Source: Aplysia californica (Eukaryota). From it: DNA of 55,699 nucleotides. How positions within the stretch are numbered: position 1 is the first letter of the stretch; each line of letters begins with the position of its first letter. The notes below the pieces were generated by a model that was given only the letters and a program-made list of their open reading frames with translations, made no database searches and was not told the DNA's origin. The DNA is taken from contig NW_004798197.1 of NCBI RefSeq assembly GCF_000002075.1, positions 143,610 to 199,308 on the forward strand, in the 5' to 3' direction. Positions 24,401 to 36,700 of the stretch are shown piece by piece. Position numbers and translations under genes: made by a program.

Positions 24401-27400
24401 GTTAATATATAATATACGAAATGCAATTAATGCAAACTGTACTAATGGCGCTCATATGACCTTATGCAGCTGCGAGCCCCGTAAAACCCTCTACTATTAA
24501 AAATTTTTAAAAACTGTACTAATAATAACCCATGAGGTCCTGAACACTGAAAAAGAGAAATCTAAAGAGCATATTTATTAAATTATAAATGTCAACATTT
24601 CCATAAATAGCTGTAATCTTTTTCGGAGTGGCTACTCGCCCGATGTCGGGTGACTTGCGCCAGGCTACTCGCCTGATCTAGGATTTCTGTGCATGTTCCA
24701 GGCGAACGAATCGGTCGATTAGCCCCGCCTGGTCTGCGACTTCTGACCCTTGGGGATTTCTGCGCATGTTCCGTGTTCTGACCCGTGGGGATTTCTGCCC
24801 ATGCTCCTTTAAAGTTCGCGTGATCAATCACGCAAGATTCAGTCACTCACTCAGTCACTCAGCCCTCCAACTCCAAGTCAAGAGTCGGATCGGTTCTAAA
24901 GTGAAAGTTTGACTCTGACTGCAATTATCTGACCAAATTGACATTATTATAATACAGTGGATTCCACTTATAACGGGTCCGGAAAAAACGAGAAGTCTGT
25001 TATAAAGACACTGTTCTAAAACCCCGTTTTTTTCTCCTCTTTACCTTTGTAAATAAAATACTGCTAGAGCGCAGTCAGACAAACATGCGAGTCGGTTATG
25101 GCGAAATATTCCTGCTGCTGTGCACAGTGCATAGGCCAATTATACATAATGCGAAACCTCGCCAGTTGAGAAACTTGTTGGTGATCTAGCGAAACAAAGA
25201 ATAGGAGAGCCCATGAGCGTCAACAATCAAGGCCGGAGCGACTGAGTAGAGAGGGTGTGGCATGCGCAGACAAGCAGAACGCATCGGGTGATAAGCCAGC
25301 GTAAGCCTAGTTTGGATTATCGAGGCCGACCATGCCTCTCACTTCACCAAAGCCAAGCTGCCAGTCCACATCGCTAGATCTAGCGCTAGAGATATAAACC
25401 TGATTCGAATTTTGATCAAGTAGAACCTAAAGGTCTTGTTGAAACAAAATCATCATCAGGGGAGATAGCAAAAGGAAACAAACAGGACACCAAACTCATA
25501 GATTAGGCCTGCTTTACAGTTTCCCTTGAATTTATTACTGGATCCCTTAAAGCGAGAATCCTGCTATAACGGACATTTTGCTCCGGTCCCCACCCTCTCG
25601 TTAGAACAGGGTTCCACTGTACATGTCATGTATGAAGATGGGACTGGCCATAATGTGTACAATAATGACTGTATTGCACCGGGTTCACTTCTACTTCATC
25701 CCAATCAGTATCAGCTCTCTCACTCCTCTCCTGTTGTGCTTGTTTGAATCATATGAGTTACAATGCGGTGGAATCGGGCACTCATCAAATTTTGGGTATG
25801 TGAGTTCTTGGTATCACCTTAACGGGGAAAAAATATCCATTTATCGTGAATACAAGTCGAGGTATTGGCGATAGAAGCAGATGGGGGTCGCTTGGTTTTA
25901 GAGGAAAATTAGTGAAAAGAAAGGCGGCCAAAGTTTTATTTTTTACTTATCTTGAGAGTCCTGCTGTGGAAACTGAAAATTTACATTTTTTGTCCGTTTA
26001 ATCAATGTTTTTCAGTAAAATGCACACAGAAATGTGTTCTTTAATGGACATGACAGGTGTTTAACCAAAAAACAAAAATTCGTTAAAAATTCCCAAACCT
26101 GCCGAAAAATGCCAGTTTTTTCACCTTAGTCAATGATAGTACATAACAAGATGGGCCACTTCTCTCTTTGAGCCAATTAAAAAAGTGTCCTCAAAATTTG
26201 GTGGCGCCCTCTTCACAAAAGCGCACTTTTGCGAACAGAGTTACCCTACTTGAGTTTTAAAAAATCAAAGTGAAACTAGCAAGTTTTGGGATAAATTACG
26301 GAAGAAAACTTTTTAAAAATGGTTACGCTGACAAAAAACCTCGTCCGGAGAAAAGGGTGATGGTTTTCTTCGATTAATTTGACTTTAGAATGAAAGGCGA
26401 GAGGTCATTAAAATAAAAAACCCTAAAACTCCGCACTGAACGTACCCGAACTGCTGATGAACAGCAGTCGATATGCGCACGCAAGGAGGTGTTATTCCTA
26501 TTCTTCTTCTGGAAAAACGAAAGAGAGCTTCAAAACAGACTGCAGCGCCATCTGAAGCAAAGAGCATACTTCCTGCGGACACTTTTTTGGCTGAGTGGCC
26601 CATCTTGTTATTCACTAACTTTGCCTTAGTTAATTTGATGAGCGCCAGATTTCACCACATAGGATGCCTCACATATGGTCGCTTTTAACTCATTCGCTAC
26701 GTACTATTTTCGGCTTGTGGACGAATTTTTTTTCGGGAGGGCGAATGAGATGATGACTAGTGGGCAGTTAAAAGGTCTTTGGGGCTATAAATTCAAATAA
26801 ATATATCAACGTCGTATTATATACCAATATTAATATTTTCAGTATGGTTTGTAGAATACATCTGTAATGTTTATTTGGGTATTTTTCAACTTTGGTTCCT
26901 GTAAGAGACGATTATGCAACACAATTTTGATTGGATGCGGGTAAAATTTGAAAATAAAAAATTAATAATCTTTGGTGAAACGAAAAAAATATGTTTGCAC
27001 CTAGTCAAATGATACATCAAAATAACCATAAATGAATATAGAACTGGAAAATATTGAAAAGTTTGCAGTTTTTTATAATCTTGAAAAACGATCAAAAACA
27101 GAAAAAACCCACTTGTGTCTTATATGGAATTGTTCAGAACTGCATTTGGAATAAACCTGTACATGTCTTGAGTGGCACTTTTTGTGTAATTTCATCAAAA
27201 AGTAGTGATTTTGAGGAGAAAAATATATTTTGACAATTTAGATCTAGACCTAGATATAGATCTAGCACTCAAAAATATTGATTTCTCAATAACAGTGTAT
27301 TGGCAATATGAGTCCAATCGTATCAATATATATTTTATAAAAAAGAGTCCTACATTTCTTTAGTGGGCAAAATAATGATAGATTTTGTTGTGTAAAATTA

Positions 27401-29433
27401 CTAAGACTGGTGCCCGGGCTATAATTTTGGCATCACGATAAAACAAAGTCGAATAGACTACAAAATCGCGTTTCAAAACTGAACCTAAATTTCCGATTTT
27501 CAGTGGAAATGCTTGACCCGGAAGTCAACATTATATTATTACCTTTATTTTAACATGGATATGTGGATTGGAATAGAATCTAAGCTAAAATTGAAGATCG
27601 GTTCTCGAGCCGCCGCGGCTCGGCGTAGCGAATGAGTTAAGGACCAGCAAGCTGACCCAGATTTCGAGGATTTCCAGAAATCTTGACCTACACCAAAAGT
27701 GGGTAGGCTATTGCCCTACCCAGATCTAGAGTAATCGTACCGGGTCGGGCAGCACATTTTTTTTTAGCTGTCGGGCACTGGAGTACAAAAAGATCGTTTA
27801 AAACTTTGTTTTTAAATCTAGCCTCAAAAGAGTGGCACACAAACCTAAAGCAACCTCCCTTACTTTTGTTGAAACAACAGTAACGGCGATATTTTGTTAA
27901 AAATAGTCCTTAAGACAGCTTTTTCTTCATCAACTGAGCAAAACAGCGTGAAGCTCTTTCCCTGGAAGAGTTAACATTGGTTGTGGATGAAGGAGCCTGT
28001 GGCCTAGATTCCTCGTTTTGGTAAACTCTGAAAGCTGGAGAGTTATTTGCATATGAGGCCCCATCAAGGATGAAAGAGAATTTCAGGTCAGCCTCGCCGT
28101 TTTTGCCCAAAGGGGGGGTGCCCGGATTGTAACATAAAATCCGTAGTTTCTCATCCTTCGGGCACATAAGATAATATAGTGCCAATGGTTATATAATAAA
28201 GAATCAAGAATTTGAGCCTAATTTAAATAATAGTAGAGTCAGATACAGCATATTAGCTCAGTCAGACACCAGGGTAGTAAAGTCAGATACCAGCGTGTAA
28301 TACAGTCGGATATTAGAGTAGCAGAGTCAGATACCAGTGTAGTTGAGTGAGCCAGATGCCAGTGTAGTAGAGTCAGATACCACGTTGTAGAGTGGGTCAG
28401 ATACATACTCATTAAAATAGCTATAAATGGTGAAAACCACTTCAGACAAACTATCATTGTGTCCAAGTGTTGATAACAAGCATTAAAAATCATGTTATTA
28501 AGCTTGCAAAGAAACAAATGTGATAACAATTGAAAATGACCGAATGTCAAAATACTGCCCAAATCCATGAGAAAACAAAAAAAATGTGTCCGAACTCGTA
28601 AATAAATCGGGTGTCACTTTTGCACCCAGTAAGGGCCTCAAATATGAGAACAAGTTGAAACAGGTCATTCCTGGGGTCATCCAATCACAGGACTTCCTGT
28701 AGCTGGTTTCGGTTTGTCTCTAGGGCAAGGCAGATAGGAGATATAAAGCTTTAAAGTCGACGTGCCTGTTTTCGTCCTTATTTTGACCGAACCGGTAATT
28801 TTACTCTAGAGGAATTTGGTTTCGTTGGAGTGTATATCTGTTTAGTAAAAACTCTCCTTGTCTTTTAAAGAAACTGAACGAGGGGGAAAAACTTTACCTT
28901 CAATTTTCTCAAAACAGCATTTTTCGGGATAGCCCCCTTATGCTTAAAAGCGACCATTGATCTAGACTCTAGATCTATATTATAAAAATTATATCGAGGC
29001 TAGAAGTCTAGCATCGCAGTTAAATCTAGATTCTAGATCTAGATATCTAGAGTCTAGATCTAGATATTGTTCAAATTGGGAAAAAAAATATCGTCACATC
29101 ACAAATGAAAACAGATTAAACAGAAAAGGACATTGTAAAAATTAAGACACAACTTTAATTTTATATTATCAATTGTCAATTGACTCTAGAATCTAGATCT
29201 AGATCTAGACTTGAAACTAACTTAGACTTGATCCTTTCAACAAAGTGTCAAAGGTAATGCCCTGAATAGCACTGGGCATATTTAAAAGTAATCTCACTTT
29301 TCTTGAAAGGATTGATCCCATAGTTAGTGAAGATTCTTTGAGTTCGGTGTTCTTTTTTAATTGTTTCACACAGAATATCATTCTGATGAACGAAGTTTAC
29401 AGGTTCCTTCTCTGTTTGCTTCGCCGCCGCCAT
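18309..29433 (-). CDS. CFAP144: Cilia- and flagella-associated protein 144 / FAM183 family, spliced gene, 137 aa
   Basis: complement(join(18309..18422,19908..20011,24173..24232,29298..29433)). GT-AG introns with consistent phases. Contains FAM183-like motifs VHQNDILCETIKKE, YGINPF, KKYTFPQTEAQEYGWIS and SITKYMDAAW. Confidence 0.9.
18955..19635. mobile_element. Tc1/pogo-like MITE
   Basis: TA|CAGTCGAACCTG ... CAGGTTCGACTG|TA. Confidence 0.82.
19908..20011 (-). CDS. CFAP144: CFAP144 coding exon 3
   Basis: HFLKVIKRANQEPVKKYTFPQTEAQEYGWISRPL. Confidence 0.92.
20980..23030 (+). mobile_element. Chapaev-type (RAG1-N-terminal-related) DNA transposon, internally deleted
   Basis: Termini CACGGCGT..ACGCCGTG; 4-bp TSD caca (20976-20979, 23031-23034); decayed transposase remnants at 21521-22418. 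Confidence 0.8.
21521..22418 (+). pseudogene. Decayed Chapaev/Transib-like transposase (N-terminal zinc finger joined to C-terminal catalytic end)
   Basis: N-terminal SLNELGRVC...ILLVYGIDVRDE...ICVKC resembles RAG1 LCRIC..IAKVFRIDVKAD..FCHNC. After a frameshift: KVIQKPHIS*QHCIPHI...LGRLGEQDTESSHQ. Several stops and frameshifts. Confidence 0.72.
23123..23361. mobile_element. 239-bp piggyBac-like MITE (second copy, opposite orientation)
   Basis: TTAA flanks; same length and internal sequence as 11672-11910. Confidence 0.88.
24173..24232 (-). CDS. CFAP144: CFAP144 coding exon 2
   Basis: MYVLAGKPNSTHDTAEGEED; poly-T..tacag acceptor, gtgagt donor, phase 1-1. Confidence 0.87.
24955..25619. mobile_element. 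Tc1/pogo-like MITE
   Basis: TA|CAGTGGA..TCCACTG|TA with degenerate longer TIRs. Confidence 0.7.
26689..27636. mobile_element. 948-bp piggyBac-like MITE
   Basis: TTAA TSD; perfect TIR CTCATTCGCTACG. Confidence 0.85.
28232..28403. repeat. ~20-bp minisatellite (agtagagtcagataccag)
   Basis: Directly visible. Confidence 0.8.
28960..29215. repeat. Degenerate (TAGATC)n cluster
   Basis: Visible at the start of CFAP144 intron 1. Confidence 0.8.
29298..29433 (-). CDS. CFAP144: CFAP144 coding exon 1
   Basis: MAAAKQTEKEPVNFVHQNDILCETIKKEHRTQRIFTNYGINPFKK; aaaATGG start context; gtgaga donor. Confidence 0.9.
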
Positions 29434-29870
29434 TTTGGATATAGACGCAGTTTCGCCTTCCTGTTGTTATGACAACTATTGGTGTAAACTTTAAAGCATT
29501 TCAAAAAATATTTTTAAAAGAAATTAAATGACTTCATATAAAATTATTGAAGATTCAAAGAGATGTGTAAGTCTAAATTTGCTTTATTCAAATAATTTTT
29601 TAAAAATAATAACATTTCCCGTCATGCACAGTTGTAGGACGCCATTACCGTACCAAAACAAGCTGTGAGCACTGAGAAGGCCAACCTTAAAACTAATAGA
29701 TCTATAATTATAATATAATGGCAAAGTGGGAAGCCTAGTTTCATCCTTTTTTGTGTAAGTTTGTGTATGTTTTGTTTTCAGTTGTAAAGTGACATGTGAA
29801 CAATATTATGTTGCAGCTTTTAATGTAAATTTCTTAATCAACCGTAATCTAATTGAGTGTGAGGTAAGTG
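29434..29870. promoter_or_regulatory. Probable bidirectional promoter of CFAP144/FZR1 with FZR1 non-coding 5' exon(s)
   Basis: CFAP144 ATG at 29433 (-). Strong + strand donors GTAAGT at 29755 and GAG|GTAAGT at 29864. The FZR1 ATG exon has an upstream acceptor, so a 5'UTR exon is expected. RFX-like GTT..ATGACAAC at about 29463-29477 suits a ciliary gene. Confidence 0.5.
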
Positions 29871-32800
29871 TACAGTACAAAAGTAACAAAGTGTGATGAA
29901 GTGTAAGCTCTGGGTCTACTGAGATGAACGTTTAGCTGATGTGTTGGGTGACTTGTTGAAGTTGGAGCTGTTGATCAACACATGATGAGGATCTAGATCT
30001 ACATCTAAATCTAGATATCGGCACTCCGGTACAATTGCAGTCCCGTTTGCACTAAATACTAAATCACACTCTAGATTCTAGTCTCTAGATTTCTAGATTC
30101 TTCTAGGCCTTCCCGCAGAGTAGGCTACCGATTGATACTGATTGAAATAGTTGGTATCAATGTTTTATGTTTTATCAGTAGAGAATCTAGATTCTAGATC
30201 TTGCCTACAAAATGAGCAGTAGAATTCCACCTGTTTTTAACAAGGCAAGGGGGCTTGTCCCTCTGACCCCGAAGTGGCTAAGACTAAGAGTACGGCCCTC
30301 CCGTACGTGTATGGCCCTCCACTGCACATAATATAAGCTAGGTTTTGTAGGCGACACATAAACTAACACATTGGACACTAAAAGTAGACAAACTTAAACC
30401 CTGAAAGTGGAAGCGCACAGGCCCTTTATAAAGGGCTTATAAAAGCCGGGCTGCCTGGGAAACGCGCTGGCCCTACACATATTATAGGGATGACCTACTT
30501 CGATTGGGAAGCACGCAGCTATGAAGGGCATTGACGTTGACCTTTTTTCAAGGGAAAATTTCTGCATTCATTATGGAAAATGACGTAGTATATTACAGGT
30601 CAATGTTATAAATAGTGACCAATGACTGTGCAAGTTATCCTGGCCAAAGATCGTAACAAAATAGTTCACTCAGCCAAAAAGGTGTCCGTGGAAGTCCGCA
30701 CATTGGTCTGGTTCAGATGACGCTGCAGTCTTTGTTTTAAAGCTCTCTTTCGTTTCACCAGAAAAAGAATAGGAATAGCACAGTTTGTTAGAACAGTTTC
30801 ACTTTTATTATGCCTTTATTATATTTTCACACAAGTACAAGTAGTGTAACTCTGATTGCAAAGTCTGACTTTTTCGAAGAGGGCGCCTTGAATATTGAGG
30901 ACACTTTTTACTTTTTGTTAATTGGCTCAATTATAGAGCTGTGAACTATCTTGTATAAATACACGATCTTTGTCTTGGCCAAGATATCGATCGATAAAGT
31001 GACACAGTCCAGCGGAGCGATTATCAAGGTAGGCACTTGGATAAAAATTTCAAAGCTTTCAAATTGCTTTAAAAACAATACCAATGCAAAGAGCTCAGTG
31101 ACACGATTCCAACGCTACCTTAGTTATTGCTCTATGTTGAACCGTTTTTGAGATATGGCATTTTAAAGATCTTTTCGAGGGGATAACATCTATATATATA
31201 GAAAAAAAAGGCAATTTTTGTGATCGAAACAGCAAGGACAATAAGGGAAATGTNNNNNNNNNNNNNNNNNNNNNNNNNNNNNNNNNNNNNNNNNNNNNNN
31301 NNNNNNNNNNNNNNNNNNNNNNNNNNNNNNNNNNNNNNNNNNNNNNNNNNNNNNNNNNNNNNNNNNNNNNNNNNNNNNNNNNNNNNNNNNNNNNNNNNNN
31401 NNNNNNNNNNNNNNNNNNNNNNNNNNNNNNNNNNNNNNNNNNNNNNNNNNNNNNNNNNNNNNNNNNNNNNNNNNNNNNNNNNNNNNNNNNNNNNNNNNNN
31501 NNNNNNNNNNNNNNNNNNNNNNNNNNNNNNNNNNNNNNNNNNNNNNNNNNNNNNNNNNNNNNNNNNNNNNNNNNNNNNNNNNNNNNNNNNNNNNNNNNNN
31601 NNNNNNNNNNNNNNNNNNNNNNNNNNNNNNNNNNNNNNNNNNNNNNNNNNNNNNNNNNNNNNNNNNNNNNNNNNNNNNNNNNNNNNNNNNNNNNNNNNNN
31701 NNNNNNNNNNNNNNNNNNNNNNNNNNNNNNNNNNNNNNNNNNNNNNNNNNNNNNNNNNNNNNNNNNNNNNNNNNNNNNNNNNNNNNNNNNNNNNNNNNNN
31801 NNNNNNNNNNNNNNNNNNNNNNNNNNNNNNNNNNNNNNNNNNNNNNNNNNNNNNNNNNNNNNNNNNNNNNNNNNNNNNNNNNNNNNNNNNNNNNNNNNNN
31901 NNNNNNNNNNNNNNNNNNNNNNNNNNNNNNNNNNNNNNNNNNNNNNNNNNNNNNNNNNNNNNNNNNNNNNNNNNNNNNNNNNNNNNNNNNNNNNNNNNNN
32001 NNNNNNNNNNNNNNNNNNNNNNNNNNNNNNNNNNNNNNNNNNNNNNNNNNNNNNNNNNNNNNNNNNNNNNNNNNNNNNNNNNNNNNNNNNNNNNNNNNNN
32101 NNNNNNNNNNNNNNNNNNNNNNNNNNNNNNNNNNNNNNNNNNNNNNNNNNNNNNNNNNAAAAAAAAGCAAAGCAATGAATTCATCAATGAAGTAAATAAA
32201 TTCATTTGTGAGCAGTGGATGGAAATTTGACATTTTCACACTACAACTCTAGTAAAGGGAGGAGTGTAGATGACTAGACAAGAGAAAAAACATCTTCTAA
32301 TAAACATGTAGTCTATCTTAAAACAAACTGCACAAAGTAAGTGAAAATTTAAATAGATATTTAAATAACAAGCACACACAAAAACAATTAAGAAGAAAAA
32401 ATATTTTAAAGACAATATAAGCACACAAAAGAAGTAAAAACTTGCGTGAAATCGATGGTCTAACAGTGACAGTAACACAGAAACAAAACAAGGCCAAGGC
32501 TGTTACATTTCCCTCCCCCCACCCAAAACTCCTTACTGGTTGTTACATGGTGCAAATTCATAAAAATTATACAACAGTGATACATATTACTTTCCAAAAT
32601 TTAAAATAAATCATATCTCCTACTATAAAACATTCTTCAATGCCGTTTAAGAGGTAATAAACGCCAACAATACACGTTAGCGTGGGTTAAGTTCGCTTTC
32701 CGCAATGGCCGCCATGACCTCCCGGTTCACGCTCAGCAGCGCGATCGATAATAGGTCATGCCCATTCATGGAGAGTGACCTATTTAAATTAGGGCTCACA

Positions 32801-33294
32801 CGCTTATGCCTCAACGTACAACATTGAAATTAACAAATAAAAGGTTGAAGAAAAGACTGTGAGGAGTACCTAAAAAAAAAAGATAAACTCTTTAAATATA
32901 AAGGCTTGAACTTACCTTATTTTTAACTCCTTGTAACTCCGAACACACACAACCGATCCCGAAGTGGAAAACGCCATAATACGCGCCTTTCTTTCCTCTT
33001 TAATTTGATAGGCGGAAGTAATCCATAAATTGAAAAGAACACTATAAACGAAACAAAACAAATAGGTACCCCCCTCACGGGGCCCGATTTCTCACACAAA
33101 ACGCGGCGGCCGCAGGTGAACGAAAATCTCGGGCCGCGCGGGCCGATATCCAAGTGCCTAATCAAGGCCGTGAGCATACTTCTATCTAAATCTAAGGGCC
33201 GTACGCATAGCTATGAGGCTATGCGTACAGGAGGGCTGTAAAAAAAAACAACCGAATTTGACCATGATTTGATGTTTTGCAGAGTTGGCTGTCG

Positions 33295-33470
33295 TTATTC
33301 TCACCTGAGGTGAAAATAAACATATAATATTATTCTCACGCGGGGTGAGAATATATTCATTTTGTTCTCACCCGCGGTGAGAATAATATTATATTGTTTA
33401 GAATAAAATGGGTATTATTCTCACCCGGTCTGAGAATGCAATGGATTTTTATTCTTACCTGGGTGTTGGG
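33295..33470. repeat. Array of short palindromes TATTCTCACC-n-GGTGAGAATA
   Basis: Five degenerate palindromic units separated by AT-rich spacers. Confidence 0.7.
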
Positions 33471-33719
33471 AACAGGTAGCTTTTATGCCTACATGTAGGC
33501 TAATAGAATGATAGAAAATAATTTGTGAATAGTGAAATTTTTAGATTTTGTATTACAATTTTAAAAAATTTTCTATCACCTTTTGTGTCATCAGGAGATA
33601 TATTGCTATCCATCTTTGACCAGAGAAGTTGAGAGGCTGTTCACTGTACTGCAAATGGTCGTCTGTTTATAGTGTAACTGGTGAAGCCTCGACCCTACCT
33701 CTCCTGTTGTTCTTGAATC

Positions 33720-33785
33720 ATGGATCCGGAATACGAGAAAAGACTGCTACGTCAGCAGAATGGACAGATGGCTCCTTTTGGAATG
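33720..33785 (+). CDS. FZR1: FZR1 coding exon 1 ([12 protein letters not shown]...)
   Basis: Resembles the Cdh1 N-terminus MDQDYERRLLRQ; upstream acceptor probably at 33594. Confidence 0.92.
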
Positions 33786-36700
33786 GTAATTGTATTTATA
33801 AGTTTTGTTGTGTGATTATGTGGAACGGTAATTGTACAAGGTGGGAGTGGGTGGTTGGCTGGTGTTGTGGTGTGGTTTGCTCTTTCTTTCCTATCAAATA
33901 TCTTTCGTCCTGATCTCCCCTTCTTTTTTATGTTTGTTACTCTCTTGTGACACCTCTATTCTTCGGTACTTACATGACCTTATAATTGTGTTGCAAGTGC
34001 AGTAAAACTCTTACTAAAAGTAAACGAGCTGAGATCTCTGTGTGTGTAATAATTTGCTATGACTAATTAACTGAGACCTCTGCTATGGACTGATCAAATG
34101 GGAACCCTCTGATTTTTTTTACCATATCAAAGAATCTTGATTGGATTTGCAGAAAATCTGGTATTTTTCCTTAGATTTGGTCTCAATTGGTGGTTTGCAA
34201 CTTATCACAATGGCTTCTTGAAAGGGTTTATTTGCAATATTTGCTTGACTTATCATAAATTATGTGAAAATATTGAGGTTTCTTTGCAATATTTTTGCAG
34301 TTTATCGTATTGACATGAAAATTCAATGTCTAATTAATTGGGATTGTGGGGGCTCCCAATTTATTTTTTTACCCAAACTCCAATTATTAGGGCGGATTCT
34401 GAGGAAAACTCCAATTTTTGGTCATGGAGGGTTTGTCAGGTCTTTGGTGTGAACTCCCCACAGCTGGGGTTGTGTTTGCTTATGTTTGCTGTTGATGCGC
34501 TTAGAGGAGGAGATGTGTTAAAGGGTTTGTCAGGTGTGTAGTGATAACGCCCCACTGCTGAGGTTGTGTTCGCGCTTTTGTTTGCTGTTGATGTGTGCAC
34601 AGAGTAGGAGACTTTGTGTCAAAGTCCAGGTTTGGTAATGGGAGCTGTAGAGGGGTGGGGGATCCTGTAAAGTGCTTGTGTTGGTCCTGAGTGGGTTGAC
34701 ATCAGACTGAAGCTATGTCGTTTTTTGCTCCTGTCATGATTTGAGCTGCTTCTTGACTCGATACTCAGCCTGGTGTCCTGTGTGTGGGGTGGAGAATTTG
34801 GGTCTGTGTGTATGTTTGTGGGGGGGGGGGGGTGTCTTGATAATAATGATTGTAATGATTCTTTGGGTTTATAAGGGAGACATTTATGAGTGCAAGTTGT
34901 TCACCAGAACCCAAGACACTGAAGAGACTGGTGCTGAGGCCCAATGAGGATGTTGTGTTCAGCTCAAACTGAAATTAGATATAAAATTTGTTCCTTTCGC
35001 AAAAGTTGTCTGAACACTAAGATATTATTTTTTGAGAAATAATTTACTGTTCTTTTTTTTTCCAGCCTATGTTTGCCAGCCCAGTTGTCTCTCCAAGTAA
35101 GAAGATTTATGGCGACAGATTCATTCCAACCAGAGCTAGTCCTTGCTGGCATATCAACTTTGACCTCAACCAAGTAAGTTGTCAGCAGTGGACACTTTGA
35201 TTTGTTAATGTCATCTACTTGCTGCGTTGTGCACTTTGTTGGTTTGGCTTTTCAGGTGCTATGTCGGCAGTGTTATTGGCAGGCTGCAAGACTAATGAAC
35301 TAGGTGAAAATGTGCCGTCTGTTTTTGTTTTGTGTTTGCCAAAGTATTGTGTGTTGGTTACTGATAAAGACTGAATCATGTGTCTGTGCTACCAGTTCAG
35401 TTTTTTCCAGAGATGTGTTTTGCCCTCGTATTACACAGTATATAGCTTGACTTTTCAAACTTTAGGCAGTTTTGTCTTTGATCTCTGGACTAACCTTTCA
35501 CCTGCATAAAAGTTTTGAATTGAAATGGAATGCTTTCTTTTTTCCTTGCAGCCACAAACTCCAAGCTCAACTCTGAAAGCAAAAGATTCAAACAGTGAAA
35601 CCTCCAAAGATGGTCTTGCATATGCTTGCCTCTTGAAAAATGAACTGCTGTCTGCTGGGATTGAAGATTTAAAGGTGGGTGAATTATTTTTTTCCCCCTA
35701 GAAGTACTCGATGAATAATGTTGAGACTATTCTGAGTGATGATAGTATATCATGTATATGATCTGCTCATTTTGCTGGAGTAAGGATGGTGTAAGTATCG
35801 GTGACCCAGCCACAGTTGTTTAGTCGGTTGGTGTGATCAAAGTGCTTCATTAGATTGCTGCTCACAGTTCTTCTTTTTTTCTTAAAACCGGACCAGAGCA
35901 TACATACAATTTAGGACACACAAAAAAAGAACTGCAAGACATTATATAGTTGCTGTATTCACACCATACCGACATACTCTTCAGTTTTGTTGATAGGTGA
36001 GGTGTAAATTTTATCAGAAAGGCAAACAATATCTACAGACAATTATTAACTCATTCAAGACAGAAACAGTATGTTTATGAATTACTTGAATGTAGAACTA
36101 TGATCTCAGGGAGACGGGGTGCGCCATGTTTCCTCGCCCCTCTTCATAAGGGTCCATTTCAGTGTATGAATTACATTTTTTGATTATCGTAGTAGAGGTA
36201 ATATTTTCCGCAATATTTTACCCTTTGTTATATATGATATTTATGTATGTGTGTATGTATACATATGCATGTAGTGACTTAAATAACTTTTCTTTCTGGC
36301 AGGATCTGCATACAGAAGACAAGAAAGTCCTCGCTCCCAAAGAAACAAAAAATTTATTCAAAGTAAGAAGTGGTTACGTTGTCGTGGGGTGGGGGTGAGA
36401 GCTGTTTTTGTCATATTTCTTTGCTGTGTATAAAGTAACAATCGTGTGGTGCCGGGGCGGCTTGTGGTAAATACAGGGTGTTGAGGAAGTCATCAGTTGT
36501 ATGGTTTGCTCTCATCAACTGTAAACATTTGTGTGTTACATGATGGGGGGGGGGGGGGGGGGGGGCATGTACTTTGCAATTTTTGAGCAGAGGAAGTTTT
36601 TGGTATCATAATAAAACCTGTACAGTTGCCTAGCTTTTGGTGAACAAATAAAATTCGTTTATCATAAAAAGATGACGAGATGTTTGCTATTGCCTGGTAT

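Noticed and set aside
27910-28185. 91-aa minus-strand ORF in CFAP144 intron 1
   Set aside because: No recognisable domain, lies among TE fragments, not needed for the CFAP144 reading frame
31132-32239. Long ORFs (up to 357 aa) here and at 5476-6126 and 52417-53348
   Set aside because: Artefacts of translation through N gaps
33295-33470. CRISPR-like palindromic repeat/spacer array
   Set aside because: Eukaryotic context, irregular degenerate units, no cas genes; motif matches a MITE TIR
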